Shown here: in pieces, positions 25,309 through 37,790 of the stretch
How positions within the stretch are numbered: position 1 is the stretch's first letter
Layout of the letters: each line of letters starts with the position of its first letter
Assembly: GCA_951406725.2 (NCBI GenBank)
Contig: OX597822.1
Location: 34,844,001 to 34,908,000, forward strand
DNA: 64,000 nucleotides
Reading direction: 5' to 3'
DNA from: Octopus vulgaris
Lineage: Eukaryota
Program-made: the position numbers and the translations under genes
Notes under the pieces: generated by a model
The model's input: the letters and a program-made list of their open reading frames with translations, nothing else
Database searches by the model: none
Told to the model about the DNA's origin: nothing

Positions 25309-27220
25309 TTATGTGTGTAGCAGGCTTCTACACACTCTCCATTTATCTAGCATATTCTAAAAAAAACGTAGACCCACCTCAAGGTTACATAGCGTGAGAT
25401 ACTTGTTTAGACTGGAATTGAACTTGGAACCTGACGTGACTGTACTCTGCACACAGCAATAAGGAAATGACTAAAATAAGCTTTGAACTCGAGGACTATT
25501 ACCTAGCTGTTGAACACGAAACGTACGTTCGCTTCTGGGAAATGCAAGAATACTATATTCATTAACACAAGTTCTCTTAGGTTTCAATACTGGCTTTGAA
25601 AAGTTTTAAAGGTGTGTGAAATGCAACAAGAAACAAGAGGGTGTTTATTTGTGTGTGTATATTTACTAATTAATCTGAAGAAATGGAGCGTGGTTGAGTG
25701 GATTTGCATGCGTTGCAAGCTGATCATATTAATGCGGTTGATGTTTTCTGTGAACATCTATAGTCTGGCGCACCCAGGATTAAAAAAAGATCACAAAAAG
25801 GAAAAAAAGATCGAGAATGCTGATTTATGGGGAAAATTTTGGGATGATGTATATTTAGTGTAATATTTGATAGGTGAGTTATTATTGCCTTTATAATAGT
25901 CATAAGGCCAGGAATTTTCAGGAAGACATTAACCGTTTAAATCAATCCCAGAACTTAAATACTACATTATTTTATCGTCTCAGACAATGAAAAACAAATC
26001 TGACGTCGGTGTGATCTGAATTCAGAAAGCATAGAGACATAATTAAATACTAAGAAATATTGCAACCAGATCACTAACAAATCTTTTCAATCCATTGGCC
26101 TTAGATGAGACATAATAGATGATACGCGAGAGAGGAGAGACATATATATCGTGTAGGAAGATGTAGGTATTCCATTTGGCAGGTCAGCAGAAGGTCTTCC
26201 GATCTCCGCAGGTAAAGTTATAATCGTAAACACAAAGTTCAAAACCTTTTGCAAAAATCACAGAGATTCTTATAAAATGTTACATTAGATATCACATTAT
26301 CAAATGAATAATCAGGAATTAAATTAAAAAATTAATTTAATGAACATTTTCGAGAAATATCAGTAATCTTCGGCAGTATATATTTCTTTCTAATTCTGAA
26401 ATCTCGTAATCATTTAAATAGAAAATGACATTATTTAACATTTTGCTGCTTTTAAATAACAAATTTAATTTCTTTTCTATGTATTCAAAGGGTTTCAGCG
26501 CAATATTTTTTTTAATTTTTATTTTCTCGTCAAAATTTACCAATGAACAAAAGGATTAAAATTTAAGAAAAGGAGAGTTTCATCGGATATTTTCTAATCA
26601 AGTGCTAAATATAGTTTTTTTTTAAAAAACAGCATGTCAAAATGACTTACTTTATTTTGCTTTCATTCATCGAAACACGAACGATATGACTGGAGCACTG
26701 CAAATACAAAGAAACACTTCATTAACAAAGGATAGTTTCATAAGAAGATATCGTTTATAAATTGATATCATTTTATAATTGTTTTATAAATGTGCATCTT
26801 ATATATTGTGTGTTTCAGAAACCGATATATGATATACTCTGAATACGGGCTTCAAATTTCAGGGGAGGAGGTAATTCAATTAGATACACATCTCTTACAT
26901 ATTTTATAGACTCCGAAAGTATGATAGGCAAAGTCGGTCTCCGCGGATTTGAACTCAGAACGTAAGGACAGACGAAATGCCGCCAAGCATTTCCATCGCC
27001 GCGCTAACAACTTTGCCAGCTCGCCGAATATATACACTGAATATTAAGGACTTCTTGACTTAATACATGATTATAACGTTATCACTGACATTGGTTATCT
27101 CTCAGTAAACACCCGTGGAACTAATCTGAGCATTTCTGCCTTCTTAGAGCTACCGAGGAATCAATTATTCGTTATCGAATCAATCTTCTTTAAGTCTTGG
27201 AAATTTGCCTGTATTGTAGA

Positions 27221-27618
27221 CTAGCAGCATCGCCCGGCGTTGCTCGGGTTTGTTTCGACCCTTTGGAATTGGAATTTTTCAAAAGTAAAAATGTTGCATT
27301 ATGTAGCTTCTTATTCTCTTTAAGTGAACATTTTTCTTGTTGAAATACACCGAAAAATGGCGACACAGCAGTCAAAAAATCGTAAAAAAGTAGAGATTTT
27401 CATAGAAAAAAAAGCAACTTTTTGATGTAAATAATTTTTGGTGTTAACATGGTCCGATTTGAGTTTTTTCTTCTACAGAAAAAAGAGCAAGCCTTCTCCT
27501 ATCATACTGTCAATTTTGGTCAACTTGCGCCGCAGGGTTTCGGAGGAGATAGTGTTAGTTGAAGGCTACTAAACTTGCCATACACAGACAACTTCAGCTT
27601 TATATATATAGAGAGAGA
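27221..27618 (-). mobile_element. Non-autonomous Helitron
   Basis: Plus strand A|CTAGCAGCATCGCCCGGCGTTGCTCGGG is the reverse complement of the 22940 3' end; TTTATATATATAGA at the other end. Confidence 0.85.
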
Positions 27619-28661
27619 TTAATTGACTTTGTAGAGACATACTCATAGGTTGCGGAAACACTGTGTCAGAAACAGGATAATTGAGTACATCGAACTTAGT
27701 ACTTAATATTTTCTTAATCTATGGGCGTGTAAAGATGAAAAGCAAAAATGTTTCCCAAGAGATTTGAACTTAGGGCACAAAACTTAGGCAACGCAAAATC
27801 ATAAAGCATTCAATCTCAAGTTCCACCAACTCTATTATCTATTGCTCAACACAGAGTACTTTCGGTATTATCAAAAACAAGAATAAGATATTGTATTAGG
27901 ATGCCAATGCACAATTCTTGAAATGACATATTTTACTGGCATTTCAAAATATACCAGGTTATAAAGTCATCTGAATTTGAATACAGTTATAAGAATACGT
28001 TAATTATCTGTCGGTTTGGCACTGCAATAAGAATCATTCCTGCTTTGCTTTACGTTGCAAAATATAATTCATAAGAAATATTCAAGCAAATCTGTGATCA
28101 GAGAGTCTTCTTCCTTTTGTATTATTTCCATTTGATGACAGGTCCCATTACCATGTTCGTTTTTCTATAAGATCTGGCTCGTCAGTGAAATTGAATCTGT
28201 TTCTTTTATAGGACTGTAGTCATGCTGAGGCATTATCCTGAAGGGTTTATACTAACAAAAGGCCCTGGTACTTATTTTTAAGTCTGGTACTTATGTTATC
28301 GGTTCCATTTGCCGAAGCACTAGATTACGGGCATGTAAAAAGAACAATAGCTGCCAAGTGGCAATGGGAGACAAGCATAAACATAAAGACACACAAACTA
28401 CTCATGCGCACGCATACACACACACACACACATACAGACAGACACACGCACAGATACACATATGTATATACGAAGGACTTTCTCACAATTTCCTCTTATC
28501 AAATTCACGCACAAAGCGCTGGTCGGCTCTGGGCTCGAAATCACGTGGTTGCAAAGCAAACCCCTTAAATACACAACCATAGCTGCACTGTCAACATTTC
28601 GGGATAAAAATGCACTGTTAATCGTCATCAGCGACTGATGTTACAATACAACGCAACAGAA

Positions 28662-28986
28662 AAGAAAAAAAAAAAAAAGAAAATAGAAAAAAGAAAAAAA
28701 AGAAAGAAAGAGAGGGAAAAAAAGAAAGAGCGAGAGAAAGAAAAAGAGAGAAAGAATGAGAGAGAGAAAGAAAGAGAGAAAGAAAGAGAGAACGAAAGAA
28801 AGAGAACGAAAGAGAGAAAGAAAGAGAGAGAGAAAGAGATAAAGAAAGAAAGGGAGAGAGAGAGAGAAAGAAAGAAAGAGAGGAACAGAAAGAAAGAAAG
28901 AGAGAGAGTAAGAAAGAGAGAGAGAAAGAAAGAAAGAGAGAAAAACGAAAGAAAGAAAGAAAGAAAGAGAGAGGGAGAAAGAGAAA

Positions 28987-29076
<90 letters not shown>
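28662..29076. repeat. Polypurine (GA)/(AAAG)n tract
   Basis: Directly visible. Confidence 0.95.
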
Positions 29077-29077
<1 letters not shown>

Positions 29078-29526
29078 TTCATTCATTTGTTAACAAGTAT
29101 TAAAAGTAAATCAGGCCGGATTTTAGTTGCTGTGTCTCCATTGTATTTAGGATATTTTAGCTCAGAACTGAGCAGGAGGAGGTTGTGAACTGAAGATCAT
29201 AAGCTACAAACAGGTAACCGACAATTCAACAGTGTTTCTCCTCTCGTATTTTATTATATTTAATGCTGGAAAGGCTATAATAGCGGAGGCGTTTTTCTTG
29301 GGGAACCACGCAGAAGTAAAATCAAAGACATAAAACTTTGATCTTTCGTCCGATTTACATAACGACCTCCCACTCACATCTCACAAATCACAAATACTTA
29401 AATCTCAGAAAGGGCAATTAAAATATCACAGAATGTCGGCGAAATCCCAACAGATAATATCCACGCTGTTGCAAGTGCAAAGCAACCCCAAATTAATCGG
29501 CTTTCAGTGTTTTATATTTGTTTTAT

Positions 29527-29735
29527 TCATTAGACTGCGGCCATACTGGGGCATTGCCTTCAAGAGATTTTAGTCGAATGAATCGGTGCTAGCACTTATT
29601 TTGTTTAAAGCCTGGTACTTATCGTATCGGTCCGTTTTGCCGGACCCCTAGGTTACGGTTAGGTAAAAACACCGACACCAATTGTCAAGCGGTGGTGGCG
29701 GAAAAAAGACACAAAGACAAGCACACACACACACA
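29527..29735 (-). mobile_element. SINE family B 3' half (its head is at 31145-31292)
   Basis: GACTGCGGCCATACTGGGGCA...TATCGGTC...TTGTCAAGCGGTGG...CA repeat. Confidence 0.75.
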
Positions 29736-29736
29736 T

Positions 29737-29980
29737 CTATATAATAAAGGTGGCTTTATTTACATTATTTACATTCGATGGATATTTGTCCTCATCTTGT
29801 TAACACAACGTTTCGGCTGATATACTTTCTAGCCTTCTTCAGGTATCTTCGGGAAATTTCGAACCTGGATTCTGATTTCTAAAGTATTTTTCGATGTTAT
29901 TATTATTATTATTGTTCAGGTAACTGCTTGGAATCGAACTCGGAATCTTGAGGTTAGTAGCCCGCGCTCTTAACCACTAC

Positions 29981-29988
<8 letters not shown>
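29737..29988 (-). mobile_element. tRNA-headed (Pol III) element carrying a hammerhead ribozyme
   Basis: A box TGGCGTAGTGG (29984-29974), B box GTTCGATTCC (29939-29930), (AAT)n linker, hammerhead at 29847-29802; abuts (TA)n. Confidence 0.75.
29802..29847 (-). ncRNA. Minimal type I hammerhead ribozyme
   Basis: GATAC CTGAAGA A-GGCT-AGAAAGTATATC-AGCC GAAA CG TT GTGTT; palindromic AACGTT stem III of the minimal PLE type. Confidence 0.72.
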
Positions 29989-30069
<81 letters not shown>

Positions 30070-30308
30070 TTAAGGGTAGAAATTGATATTTATCAATTAA
30101 GACCAGTGGTCTAGCATATTAAAAAAGAATCCGAAGATTAAAATATTTATATATACCAATTAAGGACTGAACACGAAAAGTGGACAGTCAACATGCTAGA
30201 TATAGACGTCAAATCGTCATTCTCCACAAAAGATTATGTTCTCAGATCAAACTCAACACAAAACCATAGCAATAAACAAGTGAAAAATATACGAAATAAA
30301 ATAATTAC

Positions 30309-30373
30309 CCATGTACTAACTTAGTTTCAGCTGTTATTTTCCGCAAGGAAAACTGCAGCCATCATCAGCATGG
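30309..30373 (-). ncRNA. Type I hammerhead ribozyme (minus-strand copy)
   Basis: Reverse complement of 30467-30531. Confidence 0.85.
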
Positions 30374-30466
30374 TCCGTTATAAATGTAATTTACAAATTA
30401 CATTTATAACGGACCATGCTGATGATGGCTGCAGTTTTCCTTGCGGAAAATAACATTTATAACGGA

Positions 30467-30531
30467 CCATGCTGATGATGGCTGCAGTTTTCCTTGCGGA
30501 AAATAACAGCTGAAACTAAGTTAGTACATGG
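30467..30531 (+). ncRNA. Type I hammerhead ribozyme
   Basis: CCATG CTGATGA T-GGCTG-CAG-TTTTCC-TTGC-GGAAAA-TAA-CAGCT GAAA CTAA-G-TTAG TA CATGG. Confidence 0.87.
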
Positions 30532-30682
30532 GTAATTATTTTATTTCGTATATTTTTCACTTGTTTATTGCTATGGTTTTGTGTTGAGTTTGATCTGAGA
30601 ACATAATCTTTTGTGGAGAATGACGATTTGACGTCTATATCTAGCATGTTGACTGTCCACTTTTCGTGTTCAGTCCTTAATT

Positions 30683-30738
<56 letters not shown>

Positions 30739-31144
30739 TGAACGTCACGCATTCTCTTCCAAGTAAGTTTTATCTTAATAATTCTGATTTACACCCTATA
30801 CGATCTTTTTACTCTTTCATTTTTCTCTCTTTCTCTCTCGTATTCTTTTACCTCCTTTTCTCGTACTACTGTATCCTATTACTCTATCACTCTCCTCCCT
30901 TGCTCACGTGGCTCCCGCGTAACCATCGCACATCTTTCTTATTTTTCCTAACCTGTGTTTCTTCCACTCCGTTGTAGCTGGAACAAGGAAGACGCGTTCT
31001 TGTCTGTCCAAGCTTGATTTACTACAACTAAGTTTAGGCTTAGCAGCCCTTCCTGTTTGTTTTCACTGCCCTCTTTGTGTTACCAATTTTGACCCTCTGC
31101 AAAATCACAAATTTGTATATATATATATATATATACACATACAT

Positions 31145-31292
31145 ATACACGATGAGTTTGTTTCAGTTTCTGTCTAACAAATCAACTCACAAAGCTTTGG
31201 GCGGCCCGAGGCTATACTAGAAGACACATGCCCAAGACGCCACGCAGTGGAACTGAAGCAGGAGCCATGTAGTTGGGATGCAAGCTTCCTAC
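31145..31292 (-). mobile_element. SINE family B 5' half
   Basis: TTTCAGTTTC..TC...CTCACAAAGCTTTGG...AGAAGACACATGCCCAAG..CCACGCAGTGGAACTGAA. Confidence 0.8.
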
Positions 31293-31510
31293 CTCAAAAT
31301 GAAGGAAAATATTTATCATTCATTTCAGTTATTGGTGAACCTTTATTTACCGAGTAAGATAAAAATGTACTAAACTTATGTCAACAAATAATTGCAAGTT
31401 TTGAATAGACTGATAGACAACTTTTTTGACGGTATATAATATAACTTTGAAACTCTGCTTTGTAAACTAATGATGCGTCGGGTAAGTATTCCGTATTCTT
31501 GTTTTTACAG

Positions 31511-31622
31511 CCTAAGAGGTATGAGTTTTCCATTGTATATTCTGACAGCTTTGCGGAGACAAGCTGGTTCTTGTTACGTATCCCAGCCATGAAAACAATT
31601 AGTGACTTGACGCAAAACAGAG
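31511..31622 (+). CDS. Candidate host exon (PKRYEFSIVYSDSFAETSWFLLRIPAMKTISDLTQNR)
   Basis: Strong acceptor TTCTTGTTTTTACAG, open frame and AG|GTAATT donor in unique sequence. Confidence 0.4.
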
Positions 31623-31907
31623 GTAATTATTTTAGTGAATTGACAACATGCTTTACAGGCGACTGATACTAACTGACTTCATCACTATTTCTAATTTGAA
31701 AACAGAGTCTGGTTTTTAAAAGTGCACCTAGATAGATAAGTTTATATTTTCTGTCACTGTCAATTAGCAAAAAATCGTCAAATTCTCATCCTTCTGCTTT
31801 ATCATTATAAATCGTGGTAAAAAAAAATGTATATGGTTATTTCAAACCAGCAACTGTTTCTATACTAAATATATTACGTAGAAAATTGGCAACGTCAAAA
31901 AAACAAA

Positions 31908-32123
31908 AAGGCAGCGAGCTGGTAGAAACGTTACACGCGGTATTTCGTCTGCCGCTACGTTCTGACTTCAAATTCCGCCGAGGTCGACTTTGCCTACCAT
32001 CATTTCGGGGTCGATTAAATAAGTACCAGTTACGCACTGGGGTCGATATAATCGACTTAATCCGTTTGTCTGTCCTTGCTTGTCCCCTCTATGTTTAGCC
32101 CCTTGTGGACAATAAAGAAATAA
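31908..32123 (+). mobile_element. SINE family A monomer
   Basis: Aligns to 13146-13378. Confidence 0.88.
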
Positions 32124-32920
32124 GAACTATGGTACATATTCTAGCATCTAGCTTTCTCAGTTCAAATAATGATGGATATAACATCATAATCGAGATCAAA
32201 ACGGTGATATTAAATCAATACACTGATAGATTTAACATCATTCCCTAGTGCTTGAGTGTCTTTAGAGGAGTCCACTCTGTTGCAAGTCCATGCCCCCAGT
32301 CAAAGTATACCTCCCTCACACCCATATAATCAGTTTTAAGACCCTAATAAGAGCCGTAGTCATTGCTATTTCGCCGCCTGACCAAATGATAAAAATATTT
32401 ACTGTTGCTTTCTGTACACGCAACAATTTTACATCTGGTATTTTTATTTCGATGAATTACGATTGATTAATATGATATCGATTTCTTACATTGGCACATC
32501 ACCAGATGTTCACTGAAGGAGAAGAGTGATTGTCTATAGAAGCGACACCAGTTTATTCCTTATACTTATTTTATCGCCATTCGGTTGTTTCAACCATGTA
32601 ACACATGAAATTTTAAAAATACGGACATAATAGATGTTCTCGCTTACATACACGCAAACGCAAAATCAGACATGCAGACACAAACAACACGCCCGGTGCG
32701 CGCGCACACACACACAGATGCACATACACAAATATTCCTAACAATACTATTAATGTTTTCCGATTTATACACCATCGATCCTAGTATTTGACAGGCACGA
32801 TATCGATCTGAATGGATGAAAGGCAAATTCGAACGCGGCAGGAAAGTAACTCAGAGCGTAAGAACTCGAAAGAACTATCAAAAAACATTCTTTTTCGATT
32901 TTGCTATTTCTCCACCAATA

Positions 32921-32959
<39 letters not shown>

Positions 32960-33879
32960 GTAATAATAATAATGATAATAATAATAACAACAAGCCCTGA
33001 TGCAGTACCAGGCAGTGGCTCTTGTGGCTTCTGATCTTAACTGATTGGAATTGTTATCATCTACATAGTTTTGTCTTAGTATGATGATGATGATGATAAT
33101 AATAATAATAATAATAATATTGTTTATAATTTCGACATAAGTTTAGCAATTTTTGATGGCGGAGTTAGCTGTTTACAATGTTTCGACCTGAGGCCCAGTC
33201 GCCCAAATGTTTCATCCTTATTGTAATATTTACTTGGATATTCAATAGTGGACAGCAATTTCGGTGCTCATTAAGTTTAAATTGTCTGATGATGTAAAAG
33301 TTATTTACGATAATATATAAGAAAAAAAAAAACCGAACTAAGCTCATCAAACATTGTCAGTTCATTAATAAGAAAATTGTATTCTACAAATGGTCCACAC
33401 TTGAAGAGTTTACCAAATTTTAAGTAATTTAGTTTGCATATTAAGATATACTTTGTACTGAAGCGACAAAATGAACTGACATCAAAACGAGGTAGACATA
33501 GACAAACAAAGAATTGGAATTCAAGAAAGAATAGATAATACAAGAGTCGAATAATTGTACGTTTCACAAGTATTTAGATATAGATGAGAGAAAAACGTTT
33601 TGGTGTGTTAAGGGTGTCCGAAGTAGAATAGAAAAAATGAACTATTTGACAAATTGAATATGATAATAACGTTTAGGTCAGTTGCAAGAATACTGTCATG
33701 AACACATTGTGGTTTCATGGTATTTGGACTGCAACGTACCTGAACCAAACTTCAGAGATTGTAATATGAGGAATCTTGAAAAATAAACACCCGCAACTCA
33801 TTAAGTCTGATCGTTTGAAGCTGCACAAATCTAAAAAAAATTGGGTGTGGTACGGACCATAGAGCTATACGGAACAATA

Positions 33880-34101
33880 TATATTTCTTTACTGCCCACA
33901 AGGGGCTAAACACAGAGGGGACAAACATGGACAGACAAAGGGATTAAGTCGATTACATCGACCCCGGTGCGAAACTGGTACTTTATTTATCGACCCCGAA
34001 AGAATGAAAGGCAAAGTTGTCCTCGGCGGAATTTGAACTCAGAACGTAACGGCAAACGAAATACCTCTAAGCATTTCGCCCGACGTGCTAATGTTTCTGC
34101 C
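33880..34101 (-). mobile_element. SINE family A monomer
   Basis: Reverse complement of the family A unit. Confidence 0.88.
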
Positions 34102-34553
34102 ATAAGTGGGTTGTCATTAGCGAAGGTCATTGGCTTTTCAACTCATGAGACGTTTCTCTCCATATTTTAACTGACTATTTTTAAGGAATGATCGCAATCT
34201 CGAATATCTGTAGCAACAAAATTCTTGCATAATACGTATTAGTATCCCAACAGAAAATGTATACACCTAATATCATGTATGAATGTATATGGATAAACGT
34301 AGATACGAAATACGCAATAAATTCAAATTGATTTCTTAGTTGGATAACTGTATGTATGTATGTATGTTTGTAAATAGGTTGGTATATGTGTGTTTGTATT
34401 GAAGGCCGATATTTCCAAAAGTTAGATTGCTCCCAATAGACATCATTTTTTTCTGGTAAAAATATGGACGAGTATATCAGAAACAAATGATAAACTTACA
34501 ATATATTCACAATTTTTATTTAAAATGTAAATACATTTTTCGTTGAATAATAG

Positions 34554-34615
34554 AGCAGGTTCCACCTGAAGTTCTGCATGAACTTCAAAGGGAATCAATG
34601 GTTCTTATGTTCTTT
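34554..34615 (+). CDS. Candidate host exon ((E)QVPPEVLHELQRESMVLMFF)
   Basis: TAG acceptor, phase compatible with 31511-31622, possible GTTAGC donor. Confidence 0.33.
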
Positions 34616-35183
34616 GTTAGCGATTCATATTATTAAAAAGACATCAAGTGAAAAACATAAGACGAATATATTCAATAAAGAAACTTGTATTTAATATTCA
34701 TATCAGATAAGTAATCGTTATGCCATCTGCGAGATATATTGTTACCCATTTGATAGCAATTTGCCTGAGACCGTCGTTGCTTCTGTGATGTATAATTCTG
34801 TTTCTAAGTGATGATCTAATTGAAAAACTTATATAAAAATATCGTCCAAAAATTATTTTCAAAACAATAGCTTAATAATGATTAAGTTCTTTACTAAATT
34901 ATTCTATGATGTGCATATATGCTTACAAAAACAACACGAACAAACATTATTCATTTATTAACATTATTATGATTGTTTTCGCAAGTATGAGGACATAACT
35001 TTGAACATGTTTTGGTCGCTAAACGAATCATTTTGACCTCTTCTGGGAATTATCGATTTCACATAAATTAAGGTAGTAATTTTATTTATCCGCAATATCT
35101 AAAATAATTCCATTTATTACCCACACCTCTTTATTTCGGCAGCAATTTGGTGCTAATTAATTGGAGAAACGGTTAAAGCTCCC

Positions 35184-36058
35184 CTGTATATATAACTACT
35201 GTTTGTTGTTTGTTCCTTCCCTCTCACTTCAAAGAAAATGTCGCCTTTTCACTTTATCCTCTTTTTCAATTTCTGCTCTCTTCAAAGCATACAGAAATTA
35301 AAACAATTTTACGGAAATTAACGAACAATCATATGATCTCTTCGCTTCTTCAAATGAAAGAATGGCATAAAAGACTTCCTTTGACACATGCATACACACA
35401 CTCTAGGTAAAACTCCTGTACGAATTATGTTAATTCTTGCAGTGTACACGTACAAATTTACAGCTCAAACCCAAATGAAATGATGTTTTCTATTGTGTAA
35501 TTTTTGTTTTTGATGAGCGTATTTAAAAACTTGATCTTCGATATAAACTCAAAACGAAGTCTTTCCAGAAATCCTGTCCTTTACGTCTTCTCTCTAGCAT
35601 GTCCGAAGTGAAATTTGTGTTCCCCCACCTTATTTGTTTCCCAATTTTCTGATTCCTATGTTTGCGGTGCAGGAGATTAGGATTTCACCCACAAAACACG
35701 TTCTGAATATTTTAATTCTCTCCCTCTCCAAACCAAATTAATTAAGAGTACGAATCTTCAAGAATTTTACACAGCACCTTATCAATCAAAAAGCTACACA
35801 CTCCCAATATTCTACTTTCAGCTTTTTGGAAAGCAGGGAAGTTTCGTCAGAAATAATGTCGTTTACGTGTTTCTAGCATGTCGGGTTTTCTGGTGGTGGT
35901 CTGGTATTTTTTTAAGTCTACTATTTCAGTAGAATTCTACGCATGCGGGAAACATCAGACAAAAATGAAAGATTGGGAGATTTTAGCTTTTTGAAAGCTG
36001 GTAAGTGATGATTGGGCGTGGTGGGAAAATGGCACTGAGGGTTTCTTTGAGAAACCTC

Positions 36059-36123
<65 letters not shown>

Positions 36124-36412
36124 TAGATTCGTAATCTCTGTATTTTTCTACGTAGATAGAAATAAAATAGAAAAAATGTTATAATTTAAGAAATTGCGGT
36201 CGGGATAAAGGGAAATAACATTTTGAATGCTTGATTTCTGGACAATGATAAAACAATACATAGTTTCTGATCTTTATTAAGAACAGAAAGCACTTTCATG
36301 CAAAGCCATGCAGATTGTACCCCCCGCTCTTCACTGTCAAACAAGAAAGGAGCCAATAATACAATGTGCTTGTAGGTCATAACATCCGGGTAACGCCGGG
36401 ATGCATTGCTAG
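35184..36412 (+). mobile_element. Helitron-like element (3' end clear, 5' end uncertain)
   Basis: 3' CATCCGGGTAACGCCGGGATG hairpin plus CTAG|T at 36409-36413; the 5' boundary is a guess. Confidence 0.45.
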
Positions 36413-36419
36413 TTAGATA

Positions 36420-36866
36420 ATAAGAAGAAGAAAGAGAAGAAAAAAGAAGAAAAAGAAGAAAAAAGAAGAGAAAGAAGAAAAAAGGAGAAAAAGAAGAGAA
36501 AAAGAAAAAAGAAGAAAAAGAAAGGAAGAAAAAGAAGAAAAAGAAGAAGAAAAAGAAGAAAAGGAAGAAGAAGCAGAAGAAGCAGAAGAAGAAGACTTAT
36601 GTACTGTTCTGGTATATACTGTAGTTTCAACATAACATGCCTATGAAGAAATTTTCTGTCAGAGAAAAACCAGAGCATCATGGCTTTCAACATTCTATTT
36701 TCACTTTGTACGATACATAGATGGCATGTTTAATTTAATGCTGCTTCTATTGTGTTCACGATCTATCTATCTAACTATCTATACATATATATATATATAT
36801 ACACACATATATATATACATATATATATACATATATATATACATATATATACATACATATATATGC

Positions 36867-36945
<79 letters not shown>

Positions 36946-37201
36946 CATATATATATACATATATATATATACACATATATGTATACACATATATACATAC
37001 ACTTATATATATACACATATATATACACACACATATATATATATATATATATACATATATACATATACATATAAATACATATACATATATATATACATAT
37101 ATATATACATATATATATACATATATATATATATATACATATATATATGTATGTATGTATATATATATATGTATATATATAATTATATATATATATGTAT
37201 G

Positions 37202-37236
<35 letters not shown>

Positions 37237-37475
37237 GTATGTATATATATATATATGTATGTATATATATATATATATGTATGTATATATGTATGTGTAT
37301 ATATATATACATATATACATATGTGTGTTTGTGAATATCTATCATATATGCATTCATACATATTGATATTTACGTACATACACATGTAAGTATGTATATA
37401 TGTGTGTACGTATGTATGTATGCATACATGTTTGTATGTAAGTATGTATGCATGAATGTATATATGTGTGTATGT
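36420..37475. repeat. (AAG)-rich tract and long (TA)/(TACA) microsatellite
   Basis: Directly visible at 36420-36595 and 36780-37475. Confidence 0.9.
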
Positions 37476-37790
37476 ATTGCACACTTATACATTTAAACCT
37501 AGTGAAAGATGGTGAGTCATGGCCGGAATGGCTTTGTTCACATATCCGTTCAGACACAGTTGACCTGAAGCTAATCAGCAAATATACCAACGACGTCGAC
37601 ACAATAGATTGCAATACTAGAAGGAACAATTGTCTCGGTTGCCATAGGAACGTAAAAAGACTAAAGAAGCTGCGATACAGGGGAATATGACTTTAGTTCA
37701 GAAATGTGATAGCAGCCATTTGACATATAATTAGCGCTGAATTACTAAAATCGTCAGAGCAGCGAATGCTTAAATGTATTTGTTCCGAGT

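Larger units (their letters stand above)
30062..30690. mobile_element. Palindromic hammerhead-bearing element in (TA)n
   Basis: Left arm 30148-30392, 2-nt loop, right arm 30395-30690 containing a 53-bp tandem duplication; arms otherwise appear identical. Confidence 0.85.

Noticed and set aside
28618-29093. K/E/R-rich and F/S/L-rich ORFs
   Set aside because: Translation of an (AAAG)/(GA) simple repeat.
29151-29213. AG...GT-bounded exon-like segment
   Set aside because: Stops in all three frames; it could only be UTR, and there is no supporting evidence.
29920-29988. Possible tRNA gene (also heads at 1461, 12640, 41777 and 63278)
   Set aside because: A and B boxes are present, but the acceptor and anticodon stems are imperfect and the heads are attached to repeat bodies.
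31481-31548. Apparent 30-nt introns around an 8-nt microexon
   Set aside because: Too short for typical metazoan spliceosomal introns; a single 112-nt exon reading is simpler.
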